Shown: positions 7,060 through 15,989 of the stretch, piece by piece
How positions within the stretch are numbered: position 1 is the stretch's first letter
How the letters are laid out: every line of letters begins with the position of its first letter
Assembly (NCBI GenBank): GCA_025362415.1
Contig: JANYGM010000475.1
Location: 1-41,691 of the forward strand
From: a bacterium
GTDB taxonomy: Bacteria; Bacteroidota; Bacteroidia; Cytophagales; Thermonemataceae
DNA: 41,691 bases
Direction of reading: 5' to 3'
Translations under genes and position numbers: made by a program
Notes under the pieces: generated by a model
Database searches by the model: none
What the model was told of the DNA's origin: nothing
The model's input: the letters and a program-made list of their open reading frames with translations, nothing else

Positions 7060-8067
7060 CTACAAGCTATTAAAATTCTTAATTACGTTTTGTGTAAAAG
7101 TTGCTGTATTAGCAGTTCCACCCAAATCTCCTGTGCGTTCTTCTTTCGTATCTAGCGTATTATCAACCGCTTTATAGATTTTCTTTGCAAGTTCTTTTTC
7201 TCCCATATATTCTAACATCAAAATAGCACTACGCAAAATTGCAGTTGGATTAGCAATTCCTTTGCCTGCTATATCAGGTGCAGTACCGTGAACTGCCTCA
7301 AAAATAGCTACGCCATCACCAATATTTGCACCAGAAACGACACCCAAACCACCTACAAGCCCAGCACACAAATCTGACAAAATATCACCAAAAAGATTGG
7401 ACGTTACAATCACATCAAACTGCTCTGGACGTACCACAAGCTGCATACACATATTATCAATGATTTTGTCGTTCCAAGTAATTTCAGGAAAATCCTTGGC
7501 TATTTCTTTTGCAGCATCTAGCATCATAGCACCAGAACGCTTCAAAATATTAGCTTTATGCACAACCGTAACATTTTTTCTGCCATGTTTGCGGGCATAT
7601 TCAAACGCAGAAAGCACAATACGGTGGCAACCTTGCTCTGAAATGCGACTAATTGAATCTACAATTTTAAGACGTTCATCATAATAACTAAGCCCTGAGT
7701 ACATTCCCTCTGTATTTTCTCTAAAAAGTACCAAATCAACACCTGTAAAACGAGTAGGAACACCTGCCGTAGTGATACAAGGGCGTACATTTTGGTACAA
7801 ATCAAACATCTGACGTAATGTTACGTTGATGCTTTTGAAACCACCACCAACAGGTGTTTCCACAGGACCTTTGAGGGCAATTTTATTACGTTTGATAGAA
7901 GCTACCAAAGACTCAGGAATAAGCTCTCCTTTGCTTTCTAAGGCAGATTTTCCTGCAAGTTCTACTTCCCAAACAATAGGGGCTTGTGCGGCAGTAAAGA
8001 TTTGTTTTACAGATTCTACAATTTCTACGCCAATGCCATCACCAGGAATAAGTGTTACTGTTGTCAT
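7060..8067 (-). CDS. NAD-dependent isocitrate dehydrogenase-like (isocitrate/isopropylmalate dehydrogenase family)
   Basis: 335 aa. The N-terminus VTLIPGDGIGVEI, LRQMFDLYQNVRP, LVLFRENTEGMYSG and NLFGDILSD are family signatures. Length and N-terminus resemble IDH3-type enzymes. Confidence 0.75.
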   Translation of the reverse strand: MTTVTLIPGDGIGVEIVESVKQIFTAAQAPIVWEVELAGKSALESKGELIPESLVASIKRNKIALKGPVETPVGGGFKSINVTLRQMFDLYQNVRPCITTAGVPTRFTGVDLVLFRENTEGMYSGLSYYDERLKIVDSISRISEQGCHRIVLSAFEYARKHGRKNVTVVHKANILKRSGAMMLDAAKEIAKDFPEITWNDKIIDNMCMQLVVRPEQFDVIVTSNLFGDILSDLCAGLVGGLGVVSGANIGDGVAIFEAVHGTAPDIAGKGIANPTAILRSAILMLEYMGEKELAKKIYKAVDNTLDTKEERTGDLGGTANTATFTQNVIKNFNSL

Positions 8068-8217
8068 TATTTATAAGGATTTAGGTTAAATTTTCAGTTG
8101 AATTTGATACAAAAGTACATTTATTTTTTGATTGATAACCTATTTTTTTAATATCAAATATTTCTCCAATAAAAACTATAACCACACCTGCAACTAAAAA
8201 TACCACAAAAAATTGCT

Positions 8218-8225
8218 TATATTTG
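8218..8225 (+). promoter_or_regulatory. Bacteroidota-type -7 box TATATTTG
   Basis: Matches the TAnnTTTG consensus, 40 nt upstream of the ATG at 8265. Confidence 0.4.
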
Positions 8226-8264
8226 CGCTACAATGAAACAACAACCTTTCATCATTATTTTTTT

Positions 8265-9146
8265 ATGCCAATAGAACTAATTATTTTGCTTTTTCTGACT
8301 GGAATTTTGGGAGGTTTTTTGGCAGGGCTTACAGGCGTGGGTGGAAATATGATTTTTATTCCTGTCCTTGATTTTGTACTACAACAAATGGGACTAAATA
8401 CAGATAAAGAACTTCTTGTAAAAATAATTATTGCTAACTCCTTGTGTATTACGGTTTGTACAGGTTCTTTGGTAAGTTTTAGGCAATATAAAATGGGTAA
8501 TTATTTTCCAAAAGAAATTTTACTCACTGCTTTTTTGGGCATAATCACTTCTTTATCAATGAGTTATTTGATAAAAACTGGTAATTGGTATTCAAAAGAA
8601 ACTTTTAATTATGTATTTATTTGTATGCTTATTCCTTTTATTATTAAGTTGTTATCTGATATCAATAAAGAAAATAAGCAAACATTACAACTTGGTTTAA
8701 CAGATATTGCAACAGAAAAAACACAAAATAACTCACCAAAAAACGAAATTAAAGACAGTTCTTTTCTTATTACTGGTGCGTTTGTAGGTATGATAACCGC
8801 ACTTTCTGGGCTTGGAGGTGGTATTTTGATGATTCCTATGTTTACAGATATTCTCAAAATCCCTATCAAAAAAGCAAGTGCTATTTCTAGTGGCGTGATA
8901 CCACTTTTGTCGTTTCCAATTTGTATGATGTATCTTTTTTTTAGTGATATTCCTTCTAAAAATATCTTTCAAATAGGTTATGTGGATATTCGTTTGATAT
9001 TACCTATTGTTTTGGGTGCGGTTTTCTCTACACAATGGGGCGTAAAAGCAGCACAAAAAACATCTCCCAAAGTTATTAGAATAGTATTTGCCTCACTTGT
9101 AATGGTTATCTTTTTGAAAATGGCTTACGAAATTAGTCATTCATAG
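8265..9146 (+). CDS. TauE/SafE family (DUF81) anion exporter membrane protein
   Basis: Polytopic membrane protein with duplicated G-rich helices (LTGILGGFLAGLTGVGGNMIFIP and ITALSGLGGGILMIPM). ATG at 8265 is preferred over the TTG at 8223 listed in the ORF track. Confidence 0.7.
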   Translation: MPIELIILLFLTGILGGFLAGLTGVGGNMIFIPVLDFVLQQMGLNTDKELLVKIIIANSLCITVCTGSLVSFRQYKMGNYFPKEILLTAFLGIITSLSMSYLIKTGNWYSKETFNYVFICMLIPFIIKLLSDINKENKQTLQLGLTDIATEKTQNNSPKNEIKDSSFLITGAFVGMITALSGLGGGILMIPMFTDILKIPIKKASAISSGVIPLLSFPICMMYLFFSDIPSKNIFQIGYVDIRLILPIVLGAVFSTQWGVKAAQKTSPKVIRIVFASLVMVIFLKMAYEISHS

Positions 9147-9226
9147 GCAAAAAGTCCGAAATAAGAGGTACAAAATACGAATGTAAAACCTACTTAAACA
9201 ATTACAAAAAATATTAAAAAAAACCT

Positions 9227-9234
9227 TATATTTG
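9227..9234 (+). promoter_or_regulatory. -7 box TATATTTG
   Basis: The context ccttatatttgcg is identical to the box at 8218. It lies 26 nt upstream of the ATG at 9260. Confidence 0.4.
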
Positions 9235-9259
9235 CGAAATTATTTTACATAAAAATCAA

Positions 9260-9895
9260 ATGAAAAAAAATATTTTAATCCTTTTTTTGTGCTTTTTAGG
9301 CTATAATACGCAAGCACAAACAAAAGTAGAACCAAAAACTGACACAAAAACAGAGGTAAAAATTGATGCCCTTGACAAGGTTACAAAAGCTGTTTGTGAT
9401 TGTCTGAATAAAAATAAAACAGACAAAAATAGTGACGACTTGCTCAATACTTGTATGACTGAAGGCTTTATGATGAATATGGCTGATATGATGGAAAAAT
9501 ACCCAGATATGATGAGTGGTGACCCAAAAGCCTCTGAAAAAATGGGACAAGATGTTGCCCTAAAACTAATGAAAGATTGCCCTGCATTTGTGGAAGTAGC
9601 AAGCAAAAGTAGCCCAAATTCAAGCGTTACGAAACAAATAACAGACCCAATACAAACAACAGAAGGTGTTTTTGCTAAAATGGAAACAAAAAATTATACT
9701 TATTTGGTGCTAGAAGTTGGTGCTGCAAAGCAAAAATTTGTTGTTTTGGAGAGTTTTGAAGGTGAAAAAGCTATTTTAGGACAAGCAAAAGCACTAAAAA
9801 AGAAAAAATTAGCGGTTTCTTGGAAAGAACGCAAAATTTTTATGGTAAAAAGCAACACTTATGAAACTGTAAAGCAAATTACAGGCGTTAAATAA
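9260..9895 (+). CDS. Hypothetical secreted protein
   Basis: 211-aa ORF with a signal peptide (MKKNILILFLCFLGYNTQAQ). No family recognised. Confidence 0.5.
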   Translation: MKKNILILFLCFLGYNTQAQTKVEPKTDTKTEVKIDALDKVTKAVCDCLNKNKTDKNSDDLLNTCMTEGFMMNMADMMEKYPDMMSGDPKASEKMGQDVALKLMKDCPAFVEVASKSSPNSSVTKQITDPIQTTEGVFAKMETKNYTYLVLEVGAAKQKFVVLESFEGEKAILGQAKALKKKKLAVSWKERKIFMVKSNTYETVKQITGVK

Positions 9896-9927
9896 TGATG
9901 AGCTAAAATACAAAGTACAATGTATTT

Positions 9928-9962
9928 AACTCACAACTCACAACTCAAAATTCACAACTCAA
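9928..9962. repeat. Heptamer array (aactcac aactcac aactcaa aattcac aactcaa)
   Basis: 5 units in register, ending 2 nt before the ATG at 9965. The sense strand is G-free. Confidence 0.85.
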
Positions 9963-9964
9963 AA

Positions 9965-10732
9965 ATGTTTAGTACAACTGAAATCACTTCTAGCGAAATT
10001 TTATCTGATAATCCTATTCATCAAAGGCTTTTTAGTGCCTATGTACACGCAGGGGAGTTTGTGGGCGGAAATTTGTTAGAAATTGGTTGTGGTGTGGGAC
10101 GTGGGTTGTCTATTTTATTAGAGAAATCAGCACAATATACCGCTATTGACAAAAATGAGGCACTTATTACGGATTTGACTAGCAAATTCCCAAAAGGAAA
10201 ATTTATTAGTCAAAATATTCCTCCTCTGACTAATTTGCCTGATAATTTCTTTGATTTTGTGGTTACTTTCCAAGTAATTGAGCATATTGAAGATGATAAA
10301 CTTTTTTTGAAAGAAATACATAGAGTTCTCAAAAAAGGTGGGAAAGCCATTATTACAACCCCCAATATCAAACTTTCGCTTACTCGTAATCCTTGGCATA
10401 CACGAGAATATACTGCCACAGAACTCAAAAACCTTGTTTTGGAAAGTTTTGAAAGTGTAGAAACCAAAGGTATTTCTGGAAGTGAACAAGTGATGACTTA
10501 TCACGAACAAAACCGCAAGGCGGTTGCTAAATACAAAAAACTAGATATTTTTAATTTGGAAAAACATCTTCCAAGACAAATTTTGGCTATTCCTTATGAT
10601 ATTTTGAACCGTTTTAACCGCAAAAAACTAGCACAAGCAAGTGGTATTGCCGCTGAAATAACAGATAAAGATTATTTATTAGGGAATGAAGTAGAAAACT
10701 GTTTAGATTTCTTTTATATTGCAACAAAATAA
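9965..10732 (+). CDS. Class I SAM-dependent methyltransferase
   Basis: Motif I LLEIGCGVGRG and post-I/II FDFVVTFQVIEHI, LKKGGKAIITTPN. The ATG at 9965 (MFSTTEI...) is preferred because the upstream part of the track ORF is the heptamer array. Confidence 0.75.
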   Translation: MFSTTEITSSEILSDNPIHQRLFSAYVHAGEFVGGNLLEIGCGVGRGLSILLEKSAQYTAIDKNEALITDLTSKFPKGKFISQNIPPLTNLPDNFFDFVVTFQVIEHIEDDKLFLKEIHRVLKKGGKAIITTPNIKLSLTRNPWHTREYTATELKNLVLESFESVETKGISGSEQVMTYHEQNRKAVAKYKKLDIFNLEKHLPRQILAIPYDILNRFNRKKLAQASGIAAEITDKDYLLGNEVENCLDFFYIATK

Positions 10733-10822
10733 GCAAAGTAGTGAAATTCTACAATTTTTGCCTTAATATTCCTTATCAAAAAATAAAAATCTAAAATAAT
10801 TTGAGAATATAAAAAAAACTCG

Positions 10823-10830
10823 TATATTTG
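10823..10830 (+). promoter_or_regulatory. -7 box TATATTTG upstream of rpsU
   Basis: Matches TAnnTTTG; implies a ~90-nt leader. Confidence 0.4.
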
Positions 10831-10920
10831 CAGTCCAAATTCTATTTAGAATAGGTTTGAGAAAATATAAAGTACAATACAAAGAAATTCAATAAAAAAA
10901 TTCTAATAAATTCTAATTTT

Positions 10921-11115
10921 ATGATTATCATCAGCATCAAAGACAATGAGCCAATAGACAAAGCTCTTAAAAGATTTAAGAAAAAGTTTGAAAAAACAGG
11001 CGTTCTTAAACAACTTCGTGCCCGTACTTCTTTTGAGAAAAAATCTATTTCTCGTCGTCGTACAGTGCTTAGAGCTGCTTATAAGCAACATTTGCAAATT
11101 ACAGAAGTAGCTTAA
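10921..11115 (+). CDS. rpsU: 30S ribosomal protein S21
   Basis: 64 aa. ...NEPIDKALKRFKKKFEKTGVLKQLRARTSFEKKSISRRR is the S21 signature. Confidence 0.9.
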   Translation: MIIISIKDNEPIDKALKRFKKKFEKTGVLKQLRARTSFEKKSISRRRTVLRAAYKQHLQITEVA

Positions 11116-11116
11116 T

Positions 11117-11151
11117 AATTGTGAATTTTGAATTATAAATTTTGAATAAAA
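11117..11151. repeat. Heptamer array (aattgtg aattttg aattata aattttg aataaaa)
   Basis: 5 units in register, starting 2 nt after the rpsU stop codon. The sense strand is C-free. Confidence 0.85.
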
Positions 11152-11201
11152 TACAATTTTACTCAAAAAATATTTTCAAAAAACATAAAACAAACTTTAA
11201 A

Positions 11202-11240
11202 AACAACAATATTTTGAAATATTTTCAAAATATTGTTGTT
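11202..11240 (+). terminator. rpsU intrinsic terminator
   Basis: aacaacaatattttgaaa / tttcaaaatattgttgtt, an 18-bp stem with a 3-nt loop, followed by a T-run. Confidence 0.7.
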
Positions 11241-11310
11241 TTTTTTTGTTTGTTAAAAAATTGTTACTACATTGTTGGTTGAGGACTAGAAAATATCATT
11301 CTGTTGTATT

Positions 11311-11345
11311 CATTTACAATTTCTAATTCACAATTCCTAATTAAA
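11311..11345. repeat. Heptamer array (catttac aatttct aattcac aattcct aattaaa)
   Basis: 5 units in register, ending 3 nt before the ATG at 11349. The sense strand is G-free. Confidence 0.85.
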
Positions 11346-11348
11346 AAA

Positions 11349-12236
11349 ATGGTAGAAAACTTTTTGCAATATGTCGCCTTTGAAAAAAGGCATAGTCCAC
11401 ATACTATTACTTCCTATCGTAATGATTTGGAGCAGTTTTTGGCGCATATCAAAGAGAATTTTCAACTAGAAACCTTACTAGAAGCTGACCACAATACTAT
11501 TCGTTCGTGGATTGTGAGCCTATCAGAAGCTAAAATTTTGCCTATTTCTATCAACCGCAAAATAGCAACACTCAAATCTTTTTATAAATTTTTACTCGTA
11601 AAAGGGCATCTTCAAAATATCCCTACTGGACGCATCAAACCGCTGAAAGTCGCTAAAAAAACGCCTCAATTCATTGAAGAAAGCAATCTTTTGCAACTTT
11701 TTGATAATTTTGTTTTTACTGATGATTTTGAAGGAACTCGTGACCGTTTGGTGATGGAACTTTTATATGGTACAGGTATGCGTGAGGTAGAACTTTTGGG
11801 ACTTAAAGATAAAAATATTGATTTTGTTAGTACACAAATCACAGTTTTAGGTAAAGGAAATAAACAAAGAATAATTCCTGTTACACGTTCTTTAAGCCTG
11901 CTAATTGCGGAATATCAAGAGAAAAAAACAGCAACAAGTTTCCAAAATATTACGTTACACAATTCTCTGATTGTTACTGATAAAGGTGAACCAGCATATC
12001 CAATGCTGATTTATAGAATTGTCCGTAAGTATTTGGATATGATAACGACAAACGACAAACGCAGTCCGCACGTTTTGCGACATACTTTTGCCACACATTT
12101 GCTCAATAAAGGAGCAGATTTGAATGCCATTAAAGAGATTTTGGGACACAGTAGTCTTAGTGCTACACAAATATATACACATAATTCGTTGGAAAAACTC
12201 AAAGAAACTTTCCAACAAGCGCACCCAAAAGCGTAG
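11349..12236 (+). CDS. Tyrosine site-specific recombinase, XerC/XerD-like
   Basis: N-terminal SAM-like core-binding domain (FLQYVAFEKRHSPHTITSYRNDL). Catalytic R (GTGMREVELLGL), HVLRHTFATHLL and LGHSSLSATQIYTH (H-x-x-R ... Y). It sits in the rpsU-recombinase-hpf arrangement common in Bacteroidota. Confidence 0.85.
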   Translation: MVENFLQYVAFEKRHSPHTITSYRNDLEQFLAHIKENFQLETLLEADHNTIRSWIVSLSEAKILPISINRKIATLKSFYKFLLVKGHLQNIPTGRIKPLKVAKKTPQFIEESNLLQLFDNFVFTDDFEGTRDRLVMELLYGTGMREVELLGLKDKNIDFVSTQITVLGKGNKQRIIPVTRSLSLLIAEYQEKKTATSFQNITLHNSLIVTDKGEPAYPMLIYRIVRKYLDMITTNDKRSPHVLRHTFATHLLNKGADLNAIKEILGHSSLSATQIYTHNSLEKLKETFQQAHPKA

Positions 12237-12271
12237 AATACACAATTACGAATTATCAATTACAAATTACG
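12237..12271. repeat. Heptamer array (aatacac aattacg aattatc aattaca aattacg)
   Basis: 5 units in register, starting at the base after the xerC-like TAG stop. Confidence 0.85.
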
Positions 12272-12328
12272 TTTTAGTTAAGCATAATTGATAATTTAAA
12301 ATTGAAAAATAGTTAGTTAATTTAACGT

Positions 12329-12370
12329 AATTGATGATTCGTAATTCGTAATTGCCAATTCGTAATTGAA
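12329..12370. repeat. Heptamer array (aattgat gattcgt aattcgt aattgcc aattcgt aattgaa)
   Basis: 6 units in register, upstream of hpf. It is inverted relative to the 12237-12271 array (CGTAATT versus AATTACG). Confidence 0.85.
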
Positions 12371-12404
12371 ATTTTAATATTGTTTAACTTAAATTTTTAG
12401 TGTT

Positions 12405-12704
12405 ATGAAACTGCAAATTCAGTCCGTTCATTTTGATGCTGATGTCAAATTGCTAGAATTTATCCAGAAAAAATTGGATAAATTGGAAACTTTCTACGAC
12501 CATATTGTTGATGGCGAGGTATTTATGCGCCTAGAAAAAGGAGAAAGTAACCGAGATAACAAAATTGTTGAGGTAAAACTCAACGTACCAGGCAGCAAGT
12601 TATTTGCCAAGTCGCAAAAAGAATCTTTTGAGGCAGCTACAGATGATGCTGTGGATAGTTTGCGCCGACAAATCACCAAATTCAAAGAAAAGCTAGCCAG
12701 CTAA
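12405..12704 (+). CDS. hpf: Ribosome hibernation factor / RaiA family (short HPF)
   Basis: 99 aa. MKLQIQSVHFDADVKLLEFIQKKLDKLETFYDHIV...VEVKLNVPG...ESFEAATDDAVDSLRRQITKFKEK is the typical sigma-54 modulation / S30EA fold pattern. Confidence 0.85.
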   Translation: MKLQIQSVHFDADVKLLEFIQKKLDKLETFYDHIVDGEVFMRLEKGESNRDNKIVEVKLNVPGSKLFAKSQKESFEAATDDAVDSLRRQITKFKEKLAS

Positions 12705-12743
12705 TTGGCTTGTGCTGGAATAAAAGAACATAGTAGCTTTATC

Positions 12744-12804
12744 TAATTGCCACAAATACACAGATAAATAGAATTTCTATTCATCTGTGTATTTGTGGCA
12801 ATTA
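12744..12804. terminator. 61-nt near-perfect palindrome downstream of hpf (probable terminator / REP-like)
   Basis: taattgccacaaatacacagataaatagaa - t - ttctattcatctgtgtatttgtggcaatta. The arms are 30 nt with one mismatch. A related half-copy lies at 35510-35536. Confidence 0.6.
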
Positions 12805-12867
12805 AGTAAGTAATACATTGTAAATAATTTCCTATTTTGTTTTTTTCTTACCAAAACCTAGTCATAG

Positions 12868-12979
12868 GTCCCACTACGACTGGAAAATGTATTGAGCGTC
12901 CCGCTCCTGTATTTCTTACATCATTAAACACAAGCGGGACGCTTGAAATACATAATGGTCGTAGTGGGACACTACGACC
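12868..12979. repeat. Nested palindromic REP/MITE-like element
   Basis: Outer inverted repeat gtcccactacgac (12868-12880) / gtcgtagtgggac (12958-12970). Inner hairpins gagcgTCCcgctc (12894-12906) and aagcgGGAcgctt (12932-12944). The leader ggaaaatgtatt (12882-12893) is identical to 6735-6746. Confidence 0.8.
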
Positions 12980-13011
12980 AGAAATCTTATATTATCCAAA
13001 ATAATTAATAT

Positions 13012-13050
13012 AAATTTGCAACGAAACTTTTACGGCAACTAAATAACTTT
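13012..13050 (+). repeat. Solo copy of the putative IS terminal sequence seen at 112-153
   Basis: aatttgcaacgaaacttttacggcaactaaataacttta is ~34/39 identical to 112-150 in the same orientation. No transposase ORF is adjacent. Confidence 0.4.
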
Positions 13051-13096
13051 ACCTTTTGGTTTTTGCAAGAGCTTAATAATCAAAGTTTTATAACAA

Positions 13097-14428
13097 TTAA
13101 AGTTTTGCAAGTACATTCCTAATTGCTTGAGATTTTAGCAAACATTCTTCATATTCTTGTTGTGGGTCTGCATCTGCGGTTATTGCGCTCCCAACCTGAA
13201 AGCTAAGGTATTGATTTTGAGAATTATACAAAATAGACCTTATCATCACATTAAAATCAAAATCACCACTAGGCATAATGTAGCCAAGCGCACCAGAATA
13301 CAACCCTCTTCTAGTAACTTCTTCATTTTCAATGATTTGCATAGCTTTTATTTTGGGTGCGCCTGTCATACTTCCCATAGGAAAAGCATTTTGTATTATT
13401 TTTGTAAATTCTTTATTATCAGTGACTTGTGCAGAAACTGTAGAGATAAGTTGGTGTAATTGTTTGAAGGTATAAAGCCCCAAAAGCTCGTCCACGCAAA
13501 CTGTACCCACTTTTGCGCTACGTGCAAGGTCGTTGCGCACCAAATCCACAATCATAATATTTTCGGAGCGTTCTTTTGGGTTATTGAGTAGGTTTTGTTT
13601 GATGATTTCATCTTCTTGTGGCGTATTTCCACGTTTTGCTGTACCTTTTATGGGCTGTGAGATAATTTTATTGCCTATTTTCTTCAAAAAACGTTCTGGT
13701 GAGGCACAAACGACATAATTATCATTTATTTTCTGATAGGCAGAAAAAGGCATTGGAGAAAGTTCATTGAGCAGAAAATATGCTTCTAAGGGATTTAAAG
13801 CCACATTTTCTGCAAAAAATTCCATACAAAAATTTACTTCATAAATATCCCCTTTAAAAATATGTGCCTTTAATTTTTGGATAGTTTGGATATATTTTTC
13901 TTGCGTTATGCGTGCCTGAATGTTGATATTGGAAGGTTTTGGTGAGTTTTTTTGCTGAATTTCTTGATAATTTTCTTGATAAAAATCTTGATAATAGGTT
14001 TCAATTTCTTTCAAAAGATTTTCTTTGGTGATATTTTTTTCTGTAATTAGTTCAAATTCAGTATTTTTATTACTATTTTCATCAAAAATCAATAAATATT
14101 CTGGCTCATAAAAATAAATATCAGCAAAATCCAAAGCATCAACATTATTACTTTCTAATTTTTCTAATTCATTTTTCAAATCATAGGCAAAATAACCAAA
14201 AAGCCAATTTTGGTTATTGTCGTGATGTTTTTTGAGTTGTTGAAAAGAGTTTTTTGGTAGATTATTTTCTGGAATTTCACTAAAATTCACTATTTTTTTT
14301 GCGCCAACAGCAAGTAATTTTTTAAATGGTTTTTGTGGATAAATATCTCCAAAATCATTGGGATTTAGGTAGGTACAATGCGTAAAACTATTTGCCCAAA
14401 CTAATAACTTTCTTTCAAAATCAGTCAT
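13097..14428 (-). CDS. pabB: Chorismate-binding enzyme, aminodeoxychorismate synthase component I-like
   Basis: 443 aa. SPERFLKK, IKGTAKRG, KERSENIMIVDLVRNDL and AFPMGSMTGAPK are TrpE/PabB family motifs. There is no trp-operon context, so PabB is the likelier assignment. Confidence 0.7.
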   Translation of the reverse strand: MTDFERKLLVWANSFTHCTYLNPNDFGDIYPQKPFKKLLAVGAKKIVNFSEIPENNLPKNSFQQLKKHHDNNQNWLFGYFAYDLKNELEKLESNNVDALDFADIYFYEPEYLLIFDENSNKNTEFELITEKNITKENLLKEIETYYQDFYQENYQEIQQKNSPKPSNINIQARITQEKYIQTIQKLKAHIFKGDIYEVNFCMEFFAENVALNPLEAYFLLNELSPMPFSAYQKINDNYVVCASPERFLKKIGNKIISQPIKGTAKRGNTPQEDEIIKQNLLNNPKERSENIMIVDLVRNDLARSAKVGTVCVDELLGLYTFKQLHQLISTVSAQVTDNKEFTKIIQNAFPMGSMTGAPKIKAMQIIENEEVTRRGLYSGALGYIMPSGDFDFNVMIRSILYNSQNQYLSFQVGSAITADADPQQEYEECLLKSQAIRNVLAKL

Positions 14429-14435
14429 TTAATAT

Positions 14436-14960
14436 TTATCTTAAAATCACAAAAAAACATTTCAGATTTGGGTTATATTTCATTTCTCTAAACGGATATG
14501 CTACCAAATCTTCATAATCATTTATTGTAAGAAGATTATTCACAGAAAGTGCATTATTGCCATTATCAGCGTTGTAAAGCCAAAAAGGTTTGCTTGGGTG
14601 AACCATCAAAAATGTATTTCCGCCCCAATTATCTGTTCTATCTTTTGCATTGTGGGCGTGATAAAAGACTTTTGTCTTAGGCAAAATAGTAGGCACATAA
14701 TGGTATTTTTTTGCATACATATCAATCTTTATCCAGCCGTAAGTATGAAAATTACTTGCTTTTGTGGTGTCTATTTTGATACTATTATTGGTTTGGTAGG
14801 CATACGTCACAAAAATTTGTTTCCCTGTGCGGTTTTCCATACATACGCAAGTGCTATCAGGCGTTGCAGGCACGCTGAGCGTGGTTTTTAGTGTATCTTT
14901 TTGTGCAAAAGCACTAAAAGATACTAATAAAAAAGTTAATAAAAGTAATGTTTTTGACAT
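14436..14960 (-). CDS. Hypothetical secreted protein
   Basis: 174 aa with a signal peptide (MSKTLLLLTFLLVSFSAFAQ). Its stop lies 8 nt before the pabB-like start, so it is probably co-transcribed. Confidence 0.5.
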   Translation of the reverse strand: MSKTLLLLTFLLVSFSAFAQKDTLKTTLSVPATPDSTCVCMENRTGKQIFVTYAYQTNNSIKIDTTKASNFHTYGWIKIDMYAKKYHYVPTILPKTKVFYHAHNAKDRTDNWGGNTFLMVHPSKPFWLYNADNGNNALSVNNLLTINDYEDLVAYPFREMKYNPNLKCFFVILR

Positions 14961-15050
14961 AATTATAAGATGTTTTTGATTGTTGTTTATTAAGATAACA
15001 TAAATTGTTGTTAATCATCATAAAGCATTGATAATCAGTAGTGTAGGGTT

Positions 15051-15890
15051 TTATATCCTGCTGATAGAATTTCTAGCAAAAATAATAGCACCTTCCACGA
15101 CAAAATTAAAGCCGTTTTCTTTCATAATATTTTGGGCAGTTTCCATCAGAATAACATCTTCGTGGACTTCCATAAGCAATATTTTTACTTTTTCTTTGAT
15201 AAGTTGCATAGTTGCTTTGTCTTCCAAAATCCATTTTTCTCCGCCTTCAATGTCAATTTTGAGAATATCAACCTCCGAAATTTGGTTATCAGTCAATATT
15301 TGTGCCAAAGTAATGCCCTGAACTAATGCTTTATCATTTGCAATAGTAGTATTTTTTTCTGAATTATTTTGCTGATTTTTCTCTAATTGCTCTTGTAAAG
15401 GTCGTGTAGAAAATGCCCATTCACGCCCATCACGAAAGTCGCTACCTAACTCCAACATATCATTATTCACCCAAAACGCTTTATTTATAGCTTTCACATT
15501 CTCGCAACGGTTGAGAGAAATATTGCGTTCTAATGCTTCAAAATTGCTTTTAGATGCTTCTATGGCAATATATTTAGCATCAGAAAAAAAACTACGCAAA
15601 TAAAGTGTAGCACAGCCAATATTTGCACCAACATCAATAATAAAATTGGGCTGTTCGTCCCCAAAATACTGTTGGGTAAGAATAGCGTAATCATTTTTAA
15701 TAAAAACTTCTGTAAATACGTGAAAATCACTTGTGTTGTGTCTAAGCATCATTTGACAAAATGGCTCAATCATTTCTATCATTGTGCGCTCACGAGCCAC
15801 AAAAAGCTCATAATCATTATTTTTTGCAAAATCAGTTACATCTTGTTGTGCATCTGCGTCTGATTTTACTGCATTTAATTGAAAAGCCAT
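15051..15890 (-). CDS. FkbM family SAM-dependent methyltransferase
   Basis: IIDVGANIGCATLY (motif I), YIAIEASKSNFEALERN and ILKIDIEGGE are typical FkbM-family signatures. Confidence 0.7.
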   Translation of the reverse strand: MAFQLNAVKSDADAQQDVTDFAKNNDYELFVARERTMIEMIEPFCQMMLRHNTSDFHVFTEVFIKNDYAILTQQYFGDEQPNFIIDVGANIGCATLYLRSFFSDAKYIAIEASKSNFEALERNISLNRCENVKAINKAFWVNNDMLELGSDFRDGREWAFSTRPLQEQLEKNQQNNSEKNTTIANDKALVQGITLAQILTDNQISEVDILKIDIEGGEKWILEDKATMQLIKEKVKILLMEVHEDVILMETAQNIMKENGFNFVVEGAIIFARNSISRI

Positions 15891-15902
15891 TTTTTTGAAT
15901 TG

Positions 15903-15989
15903 TAGCCCCTAGCCCCGAAGGGGAACAGTGCCGTTTAGAAATTTATTTTTATTTGTCTTTAAATTCCCCCTTTGGGGGTTAGGGGGCTG
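15903..15989. repeat. Inverted pair of the GC-rich GGGGCTGGGG-family repeat
   Basis: tagcccctagccccgaaggggaa (15903-15925) and ttccccctttgggggttagggggctg (15964-15989) are inverted copies. The right arm overlaps the last codons and stop of nadC. Confidence 0.75.

Noticed and set aside
10903-11166. 87-aa minus-strand ORF overlapping rpsU
   Set aside because: It is antisense to the highly conserved S21 gene and extends into the heptamer array. It has no independent support.
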